Shown here in pieces: positions 47,176 to 58,432 of a stretch of 64,000 nucleotides of DNA. This DNA is from Haliotis cracherodii. Lineage: Eukaryota. The first letter of the stretch is position 1. Every line of letters starts with the position of its first letter. A model generated the notes under the pieces. The model was not told the DNA's origin. It did not search any database and worked only from the letters and a program-made list of their open reading frames with translations. The stretch covers positions 40,362,001 to 40,426,000 of the forward strand of contig NW_027266268.1 in assembly GCF_022045235.1 (NCBI RefSeq). Direction: 5' to 3'. Made by a program: the position numbers and the translations under genes.

Positions 47176-50100
47176 CTATCCAGTTAGATGTACCAAATGT
47201 GCTGAATTCAGAACTGTTGCGATGAGTAAATATATATTCAAGATGGCGATGGCAGAGCTTCCGGTGCAGGCTGCATTGTCAGTCCGTTGCCCTGGTTCCA
47301 GTTCCGGCTGAAATCCGAAGTCGTAGTCGCCGCAGTACCCGGGGAGAATGGGCTGTGCAGGAATGCCTCGCCTGAAAACAACACGGGATTAGAGTCAGGA
47401 ATGACAGGACGAATCAAAATCTGCCAAGATTTATTTTGGTTTGAGAAACTTACATGGGGTTGAGTAATAGTTGGAAAGATGTAACCAAAGTTTTAAAAGA
47501 AGCTTTCTTTGTCTCACATGTGTTTAATGATATGCGTACGGACCAAATACATTAATATTAATGAAAATATTTTTCAAACATTACTATCTGTAAATTATTA
47601 TACTAAACACGTTTGTTTTTTTCTGGCACAATCATAACTGGGAGCCACGCTCTGTCCTAGACTGGTTTGCTTGACTAGAGCCCTAGAGCGCTTGCGCTCC
47701 TCGCCTGCAGCCGCCAGGAGGTGAAGGGCAGGGTAGCAGTCTAGCTCTATCTGTCATTTTTCCTCATACAGCATATCGCTGCGGTGAAACGTTGACCCAT
47801 TTCCACGAAGCGGGTCTGTCTGTCAAGACAGCCAGAGACAGGCCTACAGCATATCGCAATGCGGGAAACGTTGACCCAGTTTCCTTGTAGTGAGATATTA
47901 GCACTTTTGGACAGTGTGAATAATTGATGTGTCAGGCTGCAGGAGTAACCTATTATTGGGAGGTAACTGTCACAGAGAAACTTTATAATGTCTAAATCCG
48001 AAAACGTTTATATCTGGACGACACCCACCGGAGTAACGGGACTTCACTGTACTCCAAAAAAAATCATCTTAATAAAAACGAAAAGCTTGGTCATATCAGA
48101 GCAATGACAATAATGAAAAAAAGACGCACGAATTAAAAATGTTAATAACACCATGATGACACAACACTTTTGAACAAAGTGTACCGACGGCAGCGTTAGA
48201 AAATGGCACTAGTTCTATAGTTCTTGCCAAACTGCTCAGTAGTTAAGGTATCATAAGAACCAGTAGAATCTTGCCCTTTTAAGGGCTTTGCTATATGTTA
48301 TCTAGTGGACTAAAACTGTTAGTTTCTACCGCTGCGTCGGTACATACTATTGTAATTTTATGTCACATGCTGTCTTACCTGACCATACGACATCTCTGCT
48401 GGTCAATTCTGAACCTGGCGGTGTCGACGTCCGTCACGGACCCGGGGCTCCACAGACGCTCGGCCACAGCGGACGCACGTGGCCTGGGGGGCAGAGCTTG
48501 GTTCTCAGTAGGGAGGACATGCTACTTTTCGGTATTCAATATTCTTTGTGAGAGAGTTGTCGTTTATTGCATCCGACATTATTCCTCCATTTTATTTTCA
48601 ATTTGATGTTTACAGTATTAAATAAGGTTAACTTCAAATACATTAAAATGTGACACGAATTAATTTAGTACCATACAGTGGCCTACATTTAGAATTCAGG
48701 GGTCCGTTCCACAAATCTATCGTAGCGCTAAGGTGATCGTAACTCCCATACATTGACATAGACTTACGAATGTCGCTGCGCTACGATCGCCTTGTGGAAC
48801 GGGGCCCAGCACCACAAAGTTTACGTCACAATACGTAATACGTAATTTGTGATTTTTTGTTGCAAGATTCACCTGCGAAACAATGCATTTTGACGTCAGC
48901 AGGTCAATAAGAGGTTGGTTCTGTTCTATCATTGGCTGTCTCTGGCTTAACTTACCTTCTCTCCTTAGGGTTAGCTAATTGTGTCAGGGTAGGTTACCCC
49001 GAACTCTATCCTTAGCCCTTGGATCCCCTTCACGACCAATCACCCCTTTATTATTGTAGGCTACCACTTGTGAGGAAAAGTCACTCTAGTTCTTTTATGA
49101 GAGCTTCATTTAATTTCTCTACTTTCTTTGGTTTTCCTGGTTGATTATCCGGGTTTTAGTCAGTGCATGGACAAGCACGTGGATGTAAGCAGAATGACAT
49201 GAACTTGTGTAGGGTGTAAAGGGCCCATACAATTTGTAAGTATTAACAAAATATATAAGAAACAACATGTTAATCATAACTAGCAATGATATAACAAATG
49301 TAAATGGTGTAAAAGGGTAAATTGCATGTTGAAAAGGTTGAAGTGTGTATCACAGATGTTTCGTTTCAAATCCGGAAAATAATGTTGGTAATAACGTGTA
49401 CTTGCTACCTTAGTTACAAGTTGTAATATTTCACATATGTTTTTATTATAGCTTGTACCTGTCAACAATATGCCTTACAATTAAAGGGCCAGTAAAAGAA
49501 TTTGATGGAAAGACATAATACAAAATATCAGTCACAATGTTTCAAGACTGAATCAAGAATGTATTCATCAACCTCTGCTGAAGTTATAAAATAAACCATT
49601 CAAGACAGTGTACTGAATTATGTGTCAATGGCCAAAGTGTATCACCTACAACTATCATTAGGCTGAAGAACCCGTTCAGTGGCGATTAGATTATATGCTC
49701 CCATCAGGGTGCATTAACTCTTCTCAGTGATTTATCATCTCTTCAAACAATATCACTGAAGAAGCCCAGGAATGTTTAGAGTTTTGTTGTGAAACTCATT
49801 CCTGCAGTACATGAGCACACACGTTGGTATTAAACACTGTGTAATACCAAAGATGTGTTATTAAACAGTGGTATCTTCAATATATATACTCTTCAAAAAA
49901 AAGAAACGCACATCGGATATTTCTGGCCATAAAAGCGAAATTAGCGGACCAAGAGGTGCAACATGAAGAGGTTTTATGTGTTTTAGTGTCAGTGACAAAT
50001 TTCCCGGATCAAAATGATTACAACAAGGACATGCAAATCATTAGTCGGGAAACAGGTAGGATTCGGAAATAATGCACCCAGTGCATTAACAAAAGGGCCA

Positions 50101-53100
50101 TGTAGCTGCACGCAGCAGCACCATGAACGGTATTAAAGTGCAAGGGTTTTGATTGCCTGGCAAAGAAACAACGTCACAGGTCGCTTGCAGGCAGGGGAAT
50201 CCCGATCAGCTGTAGCCAGGGTTTTCAATTTAGCGTCCAGCACCATAACAAGTCTATGGATCGATTTCAACAGCATGGGTCAACACGTGATCGGCCAAGT
50301 TCGGAACGACCAAGAGTAATAAACCCCGCCCAAGATCGCTACATCCGACTGCGCCACCTACATGAAAGGACGACCACAGCCATCTCAACCGCATCCCAAA
50401 TACCCGGAAAGCGCAGAATCTCCGACCAGACCGTACGAAACCGTTTAAGAGCAGCAGGTCTACGAGCAAGGCGTCCTGTTCGACGCGTCCTATTGAGTCG
50501 ACATCGTCAACAATGACTGCATTGGTGTTGTCGACACAGGGTATGGCCTCAACTGCGATGAAAAGATGTCTGGTCCAGCGACGAATCAAGATTTCTCCCC
50601 GTCGAGGGGATGGAAGACCACGGGTACAGACGGTACAGACGTCGGGGAGAGCGTTACGCCGGAAAGTGCGGACAGGACGTGGACAGTTTTGGTGGAGACG
50701 TTATGATGTGGGCGGATATCTCTCATCATGACAAGACAGGTTTGGTCCATATCCAGGGCAATCTTTCGGTACATCAAGGACATTCTCCTACCACACGTCC
50801 TCCCAATTTCAGGAAATGGCAAGGGTGTATTTCAGCAGGACAACGCTCGACCGTATACAGCACGGATCACAAGAGCCTGTCTACACAACAACAACGTTGA
50901 TGTTCTCCCCGGCCCTCCAGATCCCCCGATTTGAACCCGATAGAGCATCTGTGGGATGAATTGGATAGAAGGCAACGACGTCAACCATGGACAGGAGATG
51001 TCAAGCCGCTATCGATTCCAAAGTGGCACATACGCGTTATTGGTGGTAGCTGACCTTCACCTTGGACTTTTCCTATGTACCGATAACTGAGATGACTACA
51101 ATCACCAAGCGTTCTCTCCATATTATTTTGGCTCAATATCTTGTACGGTTCCTATTATAAATGTATTTTCATACCTCATACAAATCTGGCTTGGCGTTTC
51201 TTTTTTTGAAGAGTATATCAATCTTCATATATTAAAAAAAATATTTGGGAGTAATGAATTATTAAAAATAGGTTTAAAGACTGTTTGTTGTATATTTAAG
51301 CCTATTGTGACATTCTGATAACATATTCTACAACCTTTAAATCAAATTTGTGAATTAGTGATATCGTAGAATTAAGTACAAATAGTAGAACGGCCCCTCA
51401 GAACGGGTCGGTCAGTATTGAATACACACATCCGAGGTCTGCCAGTTTCGATGTCACCGTATGACACTCACCAGTATCTTGAGAGGAAGTTGGTGCCGTC
51501 CACGTACTCCGCCCACAGACAAGCCTCTCCCCCCACCACGTGACCCCGCTGGGTCTCGGTGCCTGGTGACAGAGAGACGTCTCCTTTAATTTCACTTCCA
51601 GGATGATAAAAAACTCCCCCATATTTCATACACGTTGTGCACTAAATGAGGTGCTACGTTTGAAACCATGATGTTGATTTTATGTAGATGTTTCGGCTTT
51701 GTTCCATTGCAATCAGATAAACTATGTTTAGCGTATATCGAGGTAGTAGACAAGCACCTTGACGTCTGAATGACGTGAATCTCGTTCTTACTGTTTTGAA
51801 TCATTAACCACTGAACACTTACACTCTGCTTACTCAACAGTCGCAGCGTTAAAAGTGGGGGAATACGAGAGACGTAGCGTTATAGTGGGGAAATACGAGA
51901 GTAGTAGCGTTAAAGTGGGGAAATACGAGAGACGTAGCGTTATAGTGGGGAAATACAAGACGTAGCGTTATGAGAGGGGGAAATACGAGAGTCGTAGCGT
52001 TAAAGTGGGGGAATACGAGAGACGTAGCGTTAAAGTGGGGAAATACGAGAGACGTAGCGTTATAGTGGGGAAATACAAGACGTAGCGTTATGAGAGGGGG
52101 AAATACGAGAGTCGTAGCGTTAAAGTGGGGGAATACGAGAGACGTAGCGTTAAAGTGGGGAAATACGAGAGTCGTAGCGTTAAAGTGGGGAAATACGAGA
52201 GTCGTAGCGTTAAAGTGGGGAAATACGAGAGACGTCGCGTTAAAGTGGGGAAATACGAGAGTCGTAGCGTTAAAGTGGGGAAATACGAGAGTCGTAGCGT
52301 TAAAGTGGGGGGATACGAGAGACGCAGCGTTAAAGTGGGGGAATCCGAGGGACGTAGCGTTTAAGTGGGGAAATACGAGAGACGTAGCGTTATGAGTGCG
52401 GGAAATACGAGAGTCGCAGCGTTATGGTGGGGCAAGTATGAGAGTCGCAGCATTACAGTGGGGGGACATACGAGAGTCGTAGCGAGAGTCTCTCTAGCGG
52501 TTACCGTTGAAGTCGAGGGGGTCGCACTTGTAGTAATCTACCCAGTCCTCGCCGTAACTGATGACGTTAAGATACCAACACGAGGAGAAGATGACGTCAT
52601 AACCTTGTTCTGTCACACGCCTAAGGTACGTCTGCCAGTCATCAAACTCATCAGGCCACTGTTTGGTGTCCTTCCATACTTGCACGAGTGCATTCGAGGC
52701 GACCTATATGGAGTGAGTGAGTGAGAATATTCCAGTGACGTGTGGTATTTCTGCATTGTCTCACTGTAACCCTTTATAGACCATCGCCGAAGTCTAGTGG
52801 TACAGTGTCCGCAAGGAGAGCGGAAGGTCGGGGGTTCGATCCCTGGCCGTGTCATACTAAAATATGTTACAAGATGGTACTTGTTATTGCCCCCCCCCCC
52901 CCCCCCCCCCCCCCCTGGCGCTCGGCATTAAGGGGCATAAACAAGGACTGGTCGGCTCGGAGTCAGTATAATGTGTCTGAGTGGCGTATTCATGTTTAAC
53001 TGCGACAATCTCATTGGGCTAGCACCTTAAAATCGGTAATCCTGACAAGTACACGCAGCCGCACACACACGTGCATGCACGTCGCTACATAACTTCAATA

Positions 53101-56100
53101 ATCTTGGACGCGGCGTTAAAGCCCATTTCACCTCACCTCAAGACCTTAATGCCATATTCCCCCAAATCATCAATATTGAGTTGATAGGCAAGCACCGTGG
53201 CGTCTGAATGACGAGAATACAAACATTTCCGATTCTCGTTCTTACTGTTTTGAATCATAGCTTAATGCTTATATTTCAGATCTATCACAGCGGGTCAGTT
53301 TAGTGTGGCGGGAAAGCGCAAAGGGTTGTATGTCTTAGCGGTTTTACATCTCTTGTGAAACACGTGAGAACGTGTATGGTGCCTACAAACCAAGAGTAAT
53401 ATTCAGGGCACCCAGAGTCGAACCCACGATCATGGAAGACCTAAGGGACGCAACTCTGCACAGCGAGTTCGGTCGCCCTAGACGACCAACCCCATCGTGC
53501 CCCCTTGTCACCAAACAACCACAAACACAAGGCGGCCCGGTACGAGGGGCCACGTGGTTGCTAGGATACAATTGTGCTATGACGTCATAAAGACGTTTAA
53601 CGTTCACCTACTTCCGTGAAGAGTGCCATGTGTGATGCCCTGTATCTCTGTACTAAATATGAATGTAGCTTGTGAATTGAATTTTTGTGTTCCGGAGATG
53701 CTGTATTTTTAAAATATAATGAAATGTCAAAATTTGATTTTCACCAATAAGGTCCCTAATCTCATGGTTGGTCACGTGCGTGCTATCAGATCTAACGGAA
53801 GAGACATGATTCGGGCTCTTTTTGGTCAACTAGAATAACAAACTTCAGATTGTTGAAAAAGTTCACGTATTGTCATGACAGTCATCGGGCATGTTGTTAT
53901 GATTGACAACTAACATTGTATCACTAATGACATGATGAAACAGTTATGTCTCAAGTGAGTCAATAGGACCGTTTTGTGACAGTGACACTAGGGCTGGGAC
54001 GGGTAACTCGAGTACTCGGGGCGGGTCCTGAGTAGGACCAGGGTACCCACATGACTACCCGGACCCGTGGTTATTCACGTTATAAACTGTAATGACATTA
54101 AAAATGAAACTCAATGGTTACACAACAAGTATAGCTAATGTTCACATTTCTTTCTCACTATGCAAGCATTCGTTCTGACTTTCATATGTTCGAGTAAGGA
54201 TAAAGCGTCTATCAACTGCAGTGTATGCATGCTCAGATCGTTTTATACGTGTATCTAAATAGTTTTTGCCAGGGCTGCGGTAAAAACATGTTTTGTGACA
54301 TTGGTTGTACTGTTTTACCTACTTCTATGACAAATATTAGAAAAATATCAATGAAAACGTATACATTCTACCTTATCGGTTCAGCCACATCTCGGTTTTG
54401 GTTTTGTTCAAAGTCTGATTCCGAATGTTAGGATCACATCATATATGGCAATATCTATGTTGTGCTCATTATCATAATTCTGCAGACAAACCAAGGCCCT
54501 TGTCATACCCTGTTCTTTATGTCAATAATAACCAGAATTAAGGACCCTGACGTTTATGGGCACTTTGTTGAAATAAACTGATGACTTGATCTTATCTCTG
54601 ATGTCTGAGTTACGTTGCTTTGAGATGGTCTTACCTTCCCGCCATTGTCTATCGGGTCCTGCCACACCAGATACCGTTTGCGCATACCAGAAATGATGTC
54701 AAGAAGCCTGTCATTGAAGTACTGCTCCAGGCGGTAGAACTCGCCGGGTTTGTAGCCCATCTGGGTCATGAAGTCAGAGATATTCGGACTGGACTTCCTA
54801 GAACATAAACAATGTAGATTTTAGAATGGTCTACATGTAAAACCCTCCATTCTTAAATTAGAGCTCATCTGTTTCCACAAGGCTATATCACCGGTTTTCC
54901 AACACATGCAATACATAGTAGTGTTTGATTGGCATTCTAGAAGTTGGTGAGTAATTAAGAAAACGTACAACGTTATGGATAGCAACTTCTGGTTTATTGC
55001 ATACGTTTCGATGTAGATTCTTACACCGTTACCAACCTGGAGTGACTACGTTTTCTTAATTACGCGTATCTATCACATCACGGGCATACACGCAGATGTA
55101 ATACATAGTGAAGTCTTTGAAGTGATACTCATGAGAGAGAGAATGTTTGGATGTCAACTTCTTTATTATGAGGAACACAACCATCATGGATATTGTCTTC
55201 GATTAAATATTAGTCTAGTGGAAAGGGAATATCATTTTGCACTTGCATGCCCTGCTTTTAATGATTTAAGATATCGACACATTGATCATAAATACTTTGT
55301 AAATCCCTCACTGGAATCCTTTGTTCGCCTGATGTCATCTAATCATTAACTTACTATTGTACAGCTAGCAAAATTCATATTGAATGCAATGAAATTGAAT
55401 ACGTCACTTTATCAGTAATTGTTTTTCTGTAACGTAATGTTCTATGGGCCTGTGGCCTCTAACTAGAAACAAAGGTGTTGTTGACAACCTTCATCAGGCA
55501 TATACTCCGAAACGTTGTGTTCCTCATAATTGTGGGTTTTAGGCCGCTTTTAGCAATATTCCAGTAATATCACGGCGGGGGACACCAGAAACGGGCTTCA
55601 CACATTGCACCCATGTGGGGAATCGAACCCGGGTCTTCGGACGAGCAAACGCTTTAACCACAAGGCTACTCCACCGCCCCGTTCCTCAAATTAAAAACGT
55701 TGACATCCAAAACGTTCCTCTCTTAATACATAGTGGTGTATATATCCCCATTTACCAACACACGTACAAACACATATATATCACCGGTTTACCAGCACAT
55801 ATAATGAGCTTCGTCCAGCCCCATGTGGAGGAATTCGTCCTTGAAAATGTCCTTCACCTCCGAGAAGAATTCCGACAGGAAGTCGTATGTTGCATTCTGG
55901 GTAGGATCCAGGTTCTCATATTGGGCGTGATCAGAGTAATTGGCTCTCGCTGGTTCTCCGTCCGCCCAGCATGTCGTCAGCAGATCTGAACAGTGAATGA
56001 GTGAGCGAGTCTTTCACAGATGCGTGTATGGTGATCGGTTCCTACATAAGTGTTGTCGTAACTTACATTAACGTGCATACCGTAAACTATTCAAGCGGTA

Positions 56101-56984
56101 CATTCTTCAAGATCAATCACAAAGGCCCGTTACCCTTGAAGATCCGGTAGAATAGATCTTAAGCAACCCATGCTTCCCGTAAAAGGCGACTATGCTTGTC
56201 GTAAGAGGCGACTAACGGGATCAGGTGGTCAGGCTCACAGACCTGGTTGATGCATGTCATTGTATCCCATTTGCATGGAGGAGGCCAATCACTGGATTGT
56301 CTGGTCCAGACTCGATTGTTTACAGACCGCCGTCATATAACAGGGATATTGCTGAGTGTGGCGTTAAACAACAAACAAACAAACAAACAAAAGCCTGTAA
56401 TAATCGAGTGTGGTCAGACAGTGACTGAAAGCCTGAGCACCTAGCCACGCCATCAGGGTACACCTCATCCTCATGCATGTTCTGGGGACGTCTTCCAAGT
56501 CGGAACTATCGTGGGTCGCACCAGTATCTGGGTCCTGGGGTTGACATCTAACGCTGTTGGTCTAAGACACCATCTAAAGTTGCACACTGAAACGTCACCC
56601 ATTTTGTCATCCCGATTTGGTAATGTGAACATAAATGTGTTCAAGTGGTAAATACATTATAGGTCTACACTCACATTGGAGAGCTCGGCCCCACCCCTCC
56701 GCGTGGCCAGGTGTATCAAACTCCGGAATCACACGTACACCACGCATGCGCGCATACTCAATGATAGAGGAAATGTTGTCTTGGGTGTAAAGATGTTTAC
56801 TGGAATAGGCTCCCTGAAACAGAGGGTAGCAGTCATCGTTACGTATGTAAACGTTCCCTTTCCTACCTGGCTGTGCACACCCACATACTTAGAGAGAGTG
56901 AGAGAGACGGAGAGACAGACACTCACATACCCACACATACATTCAAAGACTCATATACTCACAAACAGAGACACACACTAGCTA

Positions 56985-57044
<60 letters not shown>

Positions 57045-58400
57045 ATAAAAATGATTTTTACCCAAGTGATAAGCCTCTATGAGTTGCGACAAAGCGGCGT
57101 CACTGACCTTCTGAGACAGTTCCGGAAACGAGGTGCTGACGTAGGGGAAGCTCTGGTCGTCCACGATGTGCCAGTGAAACACGTTCAGCTTGTTGTAGGC
57201 CATGGCGTCCTAGTTCACAAACATCAAAACAGCTGTGTGATATGCAATATATCTCTGGCGTAGTAGGCCAGTGTTTAATTTGTTTGCATTGAAGCGAGGT
57301 CTGCCTGTCGAGGGGGTTGGGAACAGGCATATAGCATATCTCTGGCGTGGTAGGCCAGTGTTTTGTTTGTTTGCATGGGAGCGAGTTCTGCCTGTCGAAG
57401 GGGTCCGGAACAGGCCTAAAGCATATCTCTTGCGTAGTAGGCCAGTGTTTTGTTTGTTTTCATGGAAGCGAGTTCTGCCTGTGGAGGGGGTTGGGAACGG
57501 GCCTATAGCACATCGCTATGCGGGAAACGTTGACCCACTTTCCGTGAAGCGAGATATTAGCACTTTTGGACAGTGTGAATAACTCACGTGTCAGGCTACA
57601 GGAGTAAACATATTACCAGTAGGGAGGTTCATGGTTAAAAATAACAAACGCACTCACAAGGTTGTGGGTTTCAATTGTAACAATATCTGCATGTCTCTAT
57701 GTGCAGATCTACTTCATTATAACATAAAATTACACCATTGTTGCTGTTTCTTTGAAAATATTAATTAGGACAAATATTAACTTTACCGCTGTAGATATAT
57801 TAATGTTCCTTGAAAACAATAATAAATGTTTCAGGAAGTCATCGTTGTGAAAATATATTACTAACTTTGTTTTCATAATATGTTTGTTTTCTACATTTAT
57901 ATTATATAAATATTTAAACTGAAGTGTGACATTTCTCATTTCTGATTCTGAAGGTAACTCATGCATATTACAATTTGTTTTTTCTTCTGCGTTACACGGT
58001 ACATGCATCATTAGGTAGGTATGCTACAAAATAGATTTGCGCTGTGTTGTTCCTCTGGATCAAAGGTATCTTGTATTTACTTGGACTGGGTCAATGTTTC
58101 TGCTTATGTTTCATCATATCTATTTATCTATGATATCTAGTAAACTACAAAAGAAATGTTTGGGCCGAGACGTTAAAACTGCGCGCCACTGTGTTGCAAA
58201 ACGAATATATTTATTGACGTTTTTCTTTGCTTATAAGCAGCGAGTCTCTGCACTAGATGTAATTCAAACTTAGCATGCCGTGTTTATTAGTTTTAACAAA
58301 ATCAGTAAAATCACTGGTTTTTCTGGTTCATCGATCACTTGATTGTCTGGTTTGGTTACAGGCTGACGTCGCATGGCAGGAGTACTAGTGTGCTACTACA

Positions 58401-58432
<32 letters not shown>

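Noticed and set aside
50256-50934. Active transposase
   Set aside because: Multiple frameshifts and stops split the Tc1 ORF.
52090-52395. Repetitive ORF ([10 protein letters not shown])n
   Set aside because: 30-bp intronic minisatellite, antisense to the hexosaminidase gene.
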